Assembly: GCF_964355755.1 (NCBI RefSeq)
Contig: NC_092671.1
Coordinates: forward strand, 1,612,001 to 1,676,000
From: Antedon mediterranea
Lineage: Eukaryota > Animalia > Echinodermata
Length of the DNA: 64,000 nt
Direction: 5' to 3'
The notes under the pieces are model-generated. The model was given only the letters and a program-made list of their open reading frames with translations, had not been told where the DNA came from and did no database searches. Positions 1 through 11,554 of the stretch are shown here, one piece after another (the first letter of the stretch is position 1; every line of letters begins with the position of its first letter). A program made the position numbers and the translations under genes.

Positions 1-547
1 ATAACGTAATTTCGAGTCTCAAGGAAACAGAAATCGGGCAAAAAGAGTGCGCAATAACATTTAGTGCGCGCGCAAAAATCTGCGCACTCATGGCAATTTT
101 GTAAACGCTTAAAATTGCCTGAAACGTACTCTTATTTCATCGAAAATAAGTTTTGAAAATTTTAAGCGCGCGTACGCGCGCATGCGTTACGCACGTAATT
201 GTATTGCCATATGATGATTTATGCCCTGAAATTTATGAGTACCAAATTTTATTTAATTGTGATTCATGGTTGTGAAGATTACAAACATGATTTCGTTAAA
301 TCGTGCGTAGACCGCGTAATTTTTTATTGCACACCGTGAAAACATAACCACATCGATTCCTGGCCATAAGGAATATAGGCATACTGTGAAAAATTGACTT
401 AGCTAGATTAAACTGATATCAAGATAAGGTCAGAAAGCGATAAAACGCATAGTGATACCGGACCGACAGACAGACCGACAGACCGACAGACCGACCGACC
501 GACCGACCGATATAGTGAATATAGAGTCGCGTCCACGCGACTAAAAA
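1..547 (-). mobile_element. Non-autonomous Helentron-type (DINE-1/HINE-like) element, truncated by the window start
   Basis: On -, T-run then hairpin AGTCGCGTGGACGCGACT (525-542) then (GTCG/GTCT)n microsatellite (~460-510); CpG-rich body. Confidence 0.6.
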
Positions 548-2565
548 TGAATAAGAAAATACGGAAATACACGTACAGTATCACAACAGGGCTACAGTGT
601 AGGCAAAGGTGTCTATTCCAAACTTGTTTTTTGGCTGAAAATTATTTGCTTTAAGATTGGTTCCCATTAAGTACGCAGCGCAAGGGCGTAAGCGCAACGC
701 ACGTATTGACCAATCATGACGCGATGGAATCGCTTAAATCCTTGACCAAGCTCCTAGCAACTGTGCTAAGCGTAAAATCGGCCATGGTGAATATATATCT
801 ATCTATAAATGAATGATAATGTTGATTACAGTTTAACTAATACGCAAGGTTCTGGCTTGAAAATTATAGGTGACCTATATCGACAAGGTAGTCTATAGAG
901 AGAGAACATAAAATATATACTTGAACATGATGTTAACAGCTTTGTTTATTGTCATAGCTCACGAGGGGTTCTACTGCCAATCATAATGATTGACATTATA
1001 AACTTTTTCACATTATTGACTTTGAATGTACTCAGAAAATAGCCTGATGTTAGTTACACAGGTTAAAACACAACAATACCCTAACCAACTTTGTCCATTG
1101 TTTACGATGTTGTGGCTAGTTTCGTTCACGCCAAAAGCTTCCATAATCGACGCCTCGTTACCGATATTAAATAAAACCATTTTCTTAATTCATTGTAATT
1201 ATTTGTCAAGTTATTCGCCTGGTTAACGACAAACAGGATATCTAACTGTTATATTTACCCACTTGGCTGCAGACACTGTGTGTTTTATTATCAATATATT
1301 GGCACCATAAGTTGACAGATGTATCCATACGAATTTGTAAATTAAGCGTGGTTTCTACTAGAGACGCAACGCAAGTGCAACGCAAGCGAGTTGTTGACCA
1401 ATGACAAGCCACTATTTGAATAATCCATCGCTTGTGATTGATCAAATCAATTACTTTTGGTACGAAGCTTCTGCTGCATCGCAAATCCACCGGCTTTTTT
1501 CTCCGCTGACTTGATTTTATTCATTCAAAAGTTTCACTTTACTACCAAAACCTGAAATAACTGTCCTGTCCGTATCCTCTTTCATCCCATTTCGGTCCAT
1601 GTAATGAAATAATTGAAGGCCCTACATCTATTCAGTACCAACAAAAAATAGTGATATCTAATAATCTTTCGAAAAGGGATTTCATGAAAAGGATGAGCAA
1701 TACATCTTTAGAACTTTTATAGGAAAAAACATTCATGAAAATTGAATTAATCTACCAATCTAACAACTGCCCTATAACCTCAGGATAGACGTCGAAGTAT
1801 TCTGTTGTAATACCCTCGTCGTCATTGGCGATTGGTTATGGAAAGGTTAGATATAAATAAAGATAAATTTGTAATATTTAATAAAATGTTTTATGAATAA
1901 GTTTATTATTTGATTGTATACCCCATTCACTTTGCTTACGAGTCCATTACATGTAGACATACACAGTCCTAGTATTTCCACGTTATAATACAAGTAGACG
2001 TAAAGTATGGTACACAGTAGTATTTTCAACGATTTAGCTCTCTCTATTATTTACAGTACGTATAGTGTACCAACGTAAACCACCAGTCAGCATTTACCCT
2101 ATTATCACGACAACGTTCTTTTGTCAAAACGTTATCGTAAATAGAATTGAAATTGTTTCACCTTGCTCGTTTGTTATTGATTTAAAATTTAATTGAGTGG
2201 AAAAAAGCACGAGATTGCTGAACGTGTCAAAGGTCATACACTACATGTGGATGTTAACATTTTCCAATCTGGTTAGTATTCAGTCAACCAAGTTTTGGAT
2301 TTCAACTGTCATGATGTCTATAGAATGGGAACTTTTGTCCGCTTTTTAAACATGCATTTTGGATGGTCAAAACTAGAAATATGGAATAATAATATGGTAT
2401 TATAAATTGGTTAATGACATATAACTTTTTTTAATGAAAATGTTCAATGTGCTACATGGCTTGTGCAACTCCATACTTTTTGGTAGAGAGGTCTTGAAAA
2501 GATTGTAAAAACAATGGTAGCCCAGATGCCTCTTAATGTTATGAAATGGGCGCTACGATACAATA

Positions 2566-2732
2566 GTATGGGGTGCCATAAGCAGCAAATGTGTATGTGT
2601 GTTAAACACAAGGTGTGTGGTTGTAAAAAATGTACGTGTTGGCCTACATTTAAAATGTGTGTTTGTGCACAATTGCAAAATGTATTTGTACATTTCAAAA
2701 TGTACAGTTTTGTTGCTTATGACGCCCCATAC
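2566..2732. mobile_element. Small TIR element
   Basis: GTATGGGGTGCCATAAGCAGCAAA ... TTTGTTGCTTATGACGCCCCATAC with internal aaatgta repeats. Confidence 0.55.
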
Positions 2733-3325
2733 AAATGGGACCTGTGTGAGTTGATTAAGTTGCGTGTCTGAATAGTGTTATTTTTTGAATATTTATGAAT
2801 TTGTGTTATAAAAATTCTGTTGAATAAAGGTATGGTTCTTTTTAAAGATACGTAAGTATAGAGGAAGCGATATAGATATAACGTAACAGACGTATAGTTA
2901 AGAAATACAAAATCTATAATAATAGGTGACCTATATTAATTGAGGCTAATCTACAATCCCATCTGCTCTAATCTATCTTTTCTTAATTCCTCGGCTTCGA
3001 TGCTTCCGATGCTGAACCCATGTCCAGATTGTCTTGTCCTCACTCTCACGACAATATTGACAGAAGGGCGTACCACTTGAATATTATCATTTGTGGGTCT
3101 TTTATTATCATCACCCACCCATCCTGTAGGCCTATTGTCATCAAATATCGAATCGTTCTTTCACATCCTGCGGTAGCGGTTCACGAGTCATGTGGCCTAA
3201 CTATTACTATTTAGCTACAGTAGCTCTTTATACAAAATTGGACGGTTTTTAATCAGAAGGTGTCGTACTTTTAATCACGACCCTCGGCATGAGTGTATGT
3301 GGGCCTATTTAGCGCAGATTTTTCA

Positions 3326-3490
3326 AACTTGATTCCCACCTAGGACGCAAAGCAAGGGCGTCGTACGCGCAAAGCAATATTGACCAATCAACCTATTGAC
3401 AGTAGCAGAATCGGGTGGACCGATTCGAACGATAGTTGGGTACGGTGTTCGTGCAGCGTTTGCATTTTAATTGCGTTAGTGGGAACCAAG
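3326..3490. mobile_element. MITE family B copy
   Basis: cttgattcccacctaggacgca..ttgaccaatca..tagtgggaaccaag. Confidence 0.7.
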
Positions 3491-4891
3491 AAGTTTGTTA
3501 ATAAGAATACTATATAATATTACGTAAGTTTAACGCGCATAATATAAATGATATCCGTTATATTATTTGATGTGCTTATCCGTAATAGCCTTAGAATATT
3601 AAGCCGAATAATAAACATGTCTCAAGAAGATAGATAGTCTAATGATGTTAAGACCTTCTTCAAATACTTTGGATTAACTCTTTGTATTGCGTTCTAAGCC
3701 CAAACTCAAGTGGCCTAACGAATAATGAGGATTCTGCGTCGAGAGGTTGCTAGCGTCGATAAGAAGGCTAGAATATCGAGGGTTAAGAGTGTTTTCGTGG
3801 TGGGTCAGGGCAGCTGTGTATGCTAACACAATCGAGGGCCTTCAATTCTAGATCATTCGTCCTTGCAATAATGTATCGATAAATATATTAGGCCGATCTA
3901 ATATCTCCGTTAAAAATAATATTTTGGTAAAACACGAATCCGTACAAGACACTTCCAATTACTTTTAATACCCCTTCCCTTTAGTGGATGATGGTGTAGG
4001 CACTGTTTAGCAATGATGGTCATTTGGTACCCGGCCTACTTTGAGTTTGTGAACCCAGCATACATTCCATCAAGTGACCGTTGTCCACCTTTAAGACTCG
4101 ATAACATTTGGTCGATGATTAAAATAACAACTGAGCTATCAGCACATTTCCTTTGAGGATTTTATGATCCATCGCGTCGTCGTGATTGGTCAAATTACTT
4201 GCGTTGCGCGCTTTATGCGTCCTTGTGTTGCGCGCTTTATGCGTCCTTGTGTTGGGCGCTGTATGTGTCCTAGTGTCAACCAATCTTTAGTATGAACTAA
4301 GCTAGCTATAGACCTACACTTATTGGTTTCCTGAACAAATCCTCAAAATGTTCTATATATATTCCTTCCATGATCTGGTGCTTTTCGTGACGACAAATTA
4401 TTATTACTAACTATTACATAAAACTATCTTACATTTAGGAGGCCTACCTTGTCTTCCAAAGACACAATATATTATAGGCCTTGTTGTCGAAATAATTAAA
4501 TAATTGGAAATTATAGTAGGCCTATTGTTGTGAAATAAATTGGCGGTAATGTTTTCGTAATTGTTGTAATTATTTATGATTTTTTAAGCAAAAGTAAAAA
4601 ATACAAAAAAAAAATGGTGTAGGAGACAATGGTGTGTAGATGTACCATACAGATTGTTTTAAGATGGCCTAATGACATGTCAACCAGTATGGTTTCCCAC
4701 ACGTTCCTTCATTAAGAAGAATCCATTGAAAAATATTCCTTTGTTTGCTGCAACTATCCAGTTTGATTTACAATAGAGATTATCCGTGTTTTCATTATGG
4801 CTATTGATTGGCAGACAAGATACTATTTGAATGATGACATAATTAATGACCAAGCAATCTTGTCTGCCTTCCCAATACAGAAAATAATTCA

Positions 4892-5050
4892 TTAGTTCCC
4901 GCTCTAGGACGCAACGCAAGGACGTAAGCGCCGCAATTAATTTTGACCAATCACGACGCGCGCGATGGATCATCCGAACTGTCGCTTGTGATTGGTCGAA
5001 TTCTACCTCACTTGCGTAATGCCTACGTCTTTGTGTTGCGCTTTATTGGT
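4892..5050. mobile_element. MITE family B copy
   Basis: ggacgcaacgcaaggacgtaagcg..ttgaccaatcac..gtgattggtc..ttgtgttgcg. Confidence 0.7.
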
Positions 5051-5541
5051 GCAGTACGGACTCAAATAAAGAGGGCGCTATGTTAACTCGATTTTTGTTG
5101 CAATAACCGTATGCCAACTTCTTTTCATACATGAAAATTAAGTTAGGTTTCATGTTTTCAACACTCTCAATATCTCTCTATTCACTATAAAAAAAAACAA
5201 ATTACAAACAATAGTGGAGGATTCGAACTAAATATTGTTTGTGCTAACCATAGGCGTGCACGTTTAAAATAAATATTAATCCTGATAGTTATTATGCCTC
5301 AAGGTGTTTAATCATAAGTAATTGACCAAGTTGGTTTTCGATTTTACCGCCAATATACGGTACGGTATGCCTACCTGTCTTTGGGTTATTACCCAATTAT
5401 CCGATAAATTGTCTCCTTAAACCATAGAGATATTATAGTGAACTATAATATCTCTATGCTTAAACAAAAGCTGAGTTAAATCCCGACATCGAAGTCTGAA
5501 TTATTTATGACAATTAGTATTAGTGAATTCATGCGTACTTA

Positions 5542-5675
5542 AGCTCTGTCTACACTATCAAATTAGCCATATATGGCAGAGATGTGCCCAAATACGGTAG
5601 TGATATGACATCATCATGTCCATATAGGCACATCACAGCTTTTGTCACATGAAGTTTGATAGTGTGGACAAGGCT
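5542..5675. mobile_element. MITE family A (PIF/Harbinger-like), representative copy
   Basis: TIR AGCTCTGTCTACACTATCAAA, TTA TSD on both sides. Other copies at ~7307-7448, 14360-14493, 28003-28155, 32429-32550, 48825-49024, 51457-51598, 58310-58413; partials at 15030, 44519, 56786. Confidence 0.85.
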
Positions 5676-6679
5676 TTAGGCGCGTCTACATCCATGATTG
5701 TATGTTATTGGGTTGTCATTGCACCAAGACTTCTAGACGTCTGGAAAAATACTGCATTGTATAGAACTATACCGTTGGACCCAACAACACAATATGAATT
5801 TAGAACGCCAGACAGCAAGTTCCTGATGTTAATTGACACATTATCGAACGTTTAATTATTAAATTCCGTAATTAATCCAAAAGGATTGATTACATAAATT
5901 AGACTAAAATCGTTACATTATTATGTAACCATTACTAACCATCTTCATTTTCTGTATTATCACAATAATTAACAATATTGAATTATTATTACGTAACTTG
6001 TCTGGAGTCGATGACTCACTGACAGAAACTAACCCTGGACAGTGTTTTAGGTTTATATTTATAGACATTTAGGATTTTTTTTGTCTTTTGATCTGTCCGT
6101 CTGACTGTTGTGCAATATGTATGTTGTTGTTATAGTACTCCACTTTTAAAACCGTCTGAATACGAGCGTAAACGGAAGTTTGAACTGCGCTCGACGAAAA
6201 AGCGTCTGAAGTTTACATCATTGTTTTTGTTAAAAGAGTATACCTTTAAATTTAAAAACAAATTGTTACTGTTATAAGTTGATATATTTACACAATATAC
6301 TCATCAGTATGTTTAGAGTAGAATATATAATAAACACACGTTCAATTATATTAGGAATATTCAATCTTGACTCTCTGGTATTTTTTATTCAGGTTATTTG
6401 AAAGAACTACTATAAATAATAAAGGCAGCATATCGGATATAATAAAAGCATTTACAATTGTCCGTTTAACAAGTAACTTTTTAAAATGAAGCATGGAATA
6501 AAATTAAACATAGAAAATCATAGAGAAATAATTAGTAAGTATTAATTGTAGCCCCACACCTAATACAATAATAAACACAGAATCATGTAAAAATATTGTA
6601 AAAATTACAAATCAAACTATAGTGATCTTTTATAATTTGGCACTTATAGAAAAACCTGTCAAAGTTGCAACTAAGTCAA

Positions 6680-6815
6680 TTTCTTAGTCAGTAATGTTAT
6701 AAACTCAAATTCTGAGTCACTAATGTAATTGACTTAGTCACTAATGTAATTGTCTTAGTCACCAATGTCTACTAAAAACTAAATTTGTTCACTAAGTAAT
6801 TGATTAGTCACTAAT
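6680..6815. repeat. Degenerate ~21-bp repeat (ttagtcactaatgtaattg)
   Basis: Five or six imperfect units. Confidence 0.7.
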
Positions 6816-7306
6816 GCTTTTATATGTTATGTAAAAACATTAGTACAGTAATGTTATGGTTGTCCCACAGTATCATTTGGTGCTGCTGCCCTCTGAGTAT
6901 CAATTGGAAGTTCATCTAGAGGGCGACAAACTATCTATCTAAAAAAATGGAATGTACAAAACAAATACTACATATTATTATTACACATCAATCCATGCTT
7001 GAAGAACGTACTTAAATTAAATTACCAATTTTGTTTCATTTAAAACTACACTCATTAAAGTGATCATATATTTGGAGTGCTTCAACATAGTGGCAATATT
7101 CACACCTAAGTTTAGTTCTCAATAGGACGCAACGCAATGATGTAAATGTAATGCATAATGCATTGATCAATCAAACGCAATGGATTATTTATTGATCAAA
7201 CGCAATGGATTATTTATTGATCACTTAATTTCAGAATTTAATGTTTGAAAACTGTCGCTTTTCATAAGTCCACTCATATTATTGACTTAAATATTTATTG
7301 ACCTAA

Positions 7307-7448
7307 AGCTCTGTCTACACTACCAAACTAGTAGTTTGACCAAAAAGTGTGAGTGCCGAAATATGGTAGTCAAATGCCCAAATATGATAGTGGGTCATCA
7401 TGTCCATATATGGGCACATCACATTTTTTTGAAAGCGTAGACAGAGCT
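7307..7448. mobile_element. MITE family A copy
   Basis: AGCTCTGTCTACAC..GTAGACAGAGCT, TWA flanks. Confidence 0.8.
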
Positions 7449-7604
7449 TTAGTGAAATATATCCTATTACAGCAAATGGGTTTATACAATTGAGTGAAGA
7501 AAAATCTGCAAATTAATTTTTAAAATATATAAGTTGTATAACATGTATAATAATAAGCATTTTGTTTAAATATTGCACAGAATAATTTGACAAACTAGAA
7601 ATAG

Positions 7605-10098
7605 TTAATGCTGAAATGTATGACGCCCCCACTTCATTTTCATCCAGTTTGAGGGCGGTGTACAATGAATTGTGAATTCTCGTGAATATGGACCTGTTGA
7701 TCCTCTCAGAGCCTACAAAATTAAAAAAGGTTTTTGTTAGAATGAGCCAATATTAAATTTATAATGATTATAAATGTAATTATGTCATCTATAAAAATAG
7801 GATTCAGGTATACCTGCCAGAGTTTTCAGTGGCCAATACATGAGACATTAAATTAAAATTGTACTTAGTGCCCTCTATGTTATAATAACTCAAAGAAATG
7901 ACCGCAAAATAATAATCGCCACGTATGCGTGAGGCATAATAACCAGCTTTTATGCGTGGAACTCGCGCATTATGTGTGAGAGTTGGCAGGTATAGATTCA
8001 GGGAACCTTTGAAATCTCTGAAATATAGTTTTAATCAAATGGTGTTATTTACCTGCATGTCAAAACTACTATGGTCATATGGCGAGAGTTTCCACGCAAC
8101 TTTCTGTTCCTCTTTCTTTATCCTTGCGTCTATTTCACGTTCCAGTGAAGTTAACGTGAAACTTGATTGTTTAACAAATCTAAAATTATTTAATAATTGA
8201 AATTTCAATACAAAATATAGGTTTTACCTTATATAGACATAAAGTATAATAGAGTTACTATATATTTTAAACATTGTCTTTTTTACCAACAGTATACAAA
8301 TTGAAATGTGTGACAAAACAACTCCACTCCCAAAGACTAGCTTGTTTATGTAGACCATGTTGTGAATGAATTGTCACCTAATCATTGTGACAGTGAGAAA
8401 AATGTCACTGACAATAAAGTTGCCTAAAGAACATTCTTTCTTTATTTATTTCTATTTGGTCTAATCAGTAACAAATAAAAAATGTTATCAGAAAATCTTT
8501 AATAAAAATATAATACATATAAGACAGTTAAAGAAGTAATGTTACTAATAAGATTATTAATACTATATACCGTATTTTGTCAGGTAACTGTTGCCTTACA
8601 GGTTTTACAGAGGGCATACGGCTGTTTGTTTTAGCAGATAACGTAGATGACACTGTTGGTCCCAGATAAGCCTTTTTGAATGTTGGTACATACATTAAAT
8701 TCACTCGGTTTAACTGGTTCATAGCGATAACTGAACTTGGTACTTGGTTTACCTCCGCAAATCTTGGTCTAAAAAAAACAAAGAACACCGTAAAAACATT
8801 TAAGACTGGTTTGTATAGAGTTGTTAGATTACATGTGCGATAGTCCCAGAAGGAGGTAGGATAGTCGGTAGAATTTAAATGGAAAGTGCTTTTAAATTTT
8901 CCTTGCACTCATCGTGAAGTGTGCAGCACTACATGTACAACATCATGAATACTACGATGACATAGTTTCAACTTAACTTGGTGTGTGATTGGTCTGTGGT
9001 TACAATTTGGCTTCACCAGAGATTTTAGCTGCATTTCTGAATTTCCTTCTCAGTTTCCAGTTAAGCTTGAGGACCAGAATAAATACCTTTACATGTCTTA
9101 TACTTACTGCTGCAACCTATTTTTATGTGATGGTCTTTTAGACACAGCATCCATTGGAACCGTCTCTGGTCTTTGCTTCAGAATTTTAGGCAAACGATGA
9201 GGAATGCTATCTGTCTCGTCATCATCACTGATTTTACTGCTTCTTGCTTCTGATGTGGTATAGGCTGACCTGGGCACTGATGTGGTATAGGCTGACCTGG
9301 ACACTGATGTGGTATAGGCTGACCTGGGCACTGATGTGGTATAGGCTGACCTGGGCACTGATGTGGTATAGGCTGACCTGGACACTGATGTGGTATAGGC
9401 TGACCTGGGCACTGATGTGGTATAGGCTGAGCTGTGAACTGATGCAGTATAGGCTGACCTGGGAATTCGGGCTGTTAGCAGTTCTGGTAAAGAATCATGT
9501 TGGTCCGACCTAAATGTGGGACAAATAATAATAGATGAAATATTGATAGTAATAACATAGAGATATTATAGTGATATAATATCTCTATGGTAATAATAAT
9601 AGTGAAAATAACATAATAGGCGCTCGCCTCGTCTGGAATTTTCAATTTTTACTACTAACCTCTCGCTACGGCCTTGATACCTATTCCAGTGTGAGAGGTA
9701 AACATGGGATAAAATTGTACTAGGAATATACGAATATACTTTTTCAGTAAGCAGCATAAAATCAAGGAGTTACTGTACTTACTCTACAGTAATCTTTAGA
9801 ATTAAATAATTTCATGTAATTCAAAATAATATTTTGTTGACATGTTTCGTTTTTACTATTTATTATTATGTATCGTAAAACATAACATGAAATCAAATTT
9901 AGTAAGCAATTACCTAGGCCTACGCCCAAGAACAAAGCAGGTGACTATATACACTGAGTGAGTGTGACACCTCTCTGCTGGCTAAGCACGACACGCAAGG
10001 AACTTAGCCTAGACGCTTTGCTTACAAAATACTACTTACGACGAGGGGGCTAAAAATCGGCGAAATCTAGGACTATCCATCAGATTGCCTTGAGGCAT
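7605..10098 (-). CDS. Uncharacterised ~297-aa protein with 9-aa tandem repeats (PRSAYTTSV), 5 exons: complement(join(7605-7712,8053-8179,8571-8768,9108-9509,10040-10098))
   Basis: All four introns are GT..AG with consistent phases (2,2,2,0). The exons give an 894-nt open frame MPQGNLMDSPRFRRFLAPSS...REFTIHCTPPSNWMKMKWGRHTFQH*. It includes parts of ORFs 9104..9412 and 8528..8908. No family recognised. Confidence 0.8.
9251..9462 (-). repeat. Coding 27-bp tandem repeat x~8
   Basis: ctgatgtggtataggctgacctgg(g/a)ca units inside exon 2 of the - strand gene. Confidence 0.95.
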
Positions 10099-11517
10099 GA
10101 CGATACTCTCTCAAAAGTCTACATAATACCTAATTTTATATTACAAAGTATTCAGAATTTGACGTTTTAACACAACGCCACCATCTTGTTCCTGTTACCA
10201 TGGACCAACAAAGCTTTAGGTTTAGACTGCCCTCATGAATATTGATGAAAGTTGGCCACACGCGTTCTTTTTACGATCTAAATTTGTATTAAAGTTAATA
10301 TTACCGTATTATCATTGTCTGAACCCCATGTCAACATAAATTTACCCGTAAAAAGTTTAATTGTTCAATTGTAAAATCGTTGTATTAGATCAAACGAAGG
10401 CCAGGCGATACAGTAGTTGTTATGTTAATCAATTAAACACTTTAAAAAAATTAAATTCATCATGTCCAGAATTTAATATTAAAATCGACAACATTGAAAT
10501 ATTTACTGTATGCCTATAATGGCCATACAAATCGTATATTTATGGTCCTAATTATTGACCATAATTCCATCAAACAATTATTAGTTGGTTCTACACTTTC
10601 CCTAAATGGTCTAAAGTTTCAGTTAAGCATGGACAAGAAATAATCATGGTTTAAGTGCGGTACATGTAACCAAATCATAACTATTTTATAATTTGTAAAT
10701 TTAATCAATGAATAACAACAAAGATGAAAATATATTGTTAGTTAAGTATATATAGCGTCTTCGAAAAAAAACCCACTTAAATTGAATTTACAAATGAAAT
10801 AAGTAAAATCATTGTATATACTCGTTTGATAAATTATCGAATCAATCGAATCAGTCCGAAAATGACCGTCTCGACTCTCAGAAGATCAGAAGTTTTCTTC
10901 AAAGGCGGAAGAAAAACCATTGTAGCGCCACCTATTCTACAACTTACTGTAACTTACCTCTAAATGGCTCATCTAAAAAAAAAACAATTTTCTTGTACAT
11001 TTTTAGGTTATCTAGCATTCAAAGATGATAGAGAACATTTTATAACAGGAGTTATAAAAATGAAAATATACAATATCTTACTTATCTTTTTAATTTGATA
11101 ATTCGACAGTAAGAGAGATAGGGCCTAATATTAAATTTTAAATTTGTAACTACTTTAAACAGTTCAATCATGGATTTTATCGCTTCATTGGTTCAATTGA
11201 ATGGTATATTTGTATCATTAAAACTGTTTTGTTTTATAAATAATCACATTCTGAATAAAAACACGGAAGTTAATAAAAAAAAGTTTAAAAACCGCAGAGA
11301 AGGCGTGCCGTATCAGGCTCATGAATATTCATTAATAAAACCACCGCAATGTGTATGCGAAGAATACCTATGGAGATTACACTGTTAGTAAAGCATGTCC
11401 GACTGGTGGTAAATGGAGGAATGATACAAATCCTTTCTCTTGCCAACTTAGTTATGGTATATTCGTGCTAATGTTATAATTGTCATACTTAAGATCCAGT
11501 GTGTGATATATCAAAAC
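10099..11517. promoter_or_regulatory. Divergent (head-to-head) promoter and 5'UTR region shared by the repeat-protein gene and CDK14
   Basis: ATGs are 1.4 kb apart on opposite strands. RFX X-box-like GTTACCATGGAC at 10194, YY1-like AAGATGG on - near 10181, CATGAATATT at ~10234 and ~11320, ETS-like ACGGAAGT near 11262, local CpG enrichment. Confidence 0.55.
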
Positions 11518-11554
11518 ATGGGTTCACTAAGTTTAGATATCGAGAACATGAACG
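11518..11554 (+). CDS. CDK14: CDK14 coding exon 1 ([12 protein letters not shown])
   Basis: AAACATGG start context, G|gtaagt donor, phase 1 matches the next exon. Confidence 0.65.

Noticed and set aside
9244-9513. + strand ORF with LMWYRLTWA repeats
   Set aside because: Antisense shadow of the coding repeat; splice sites support the - strand frame
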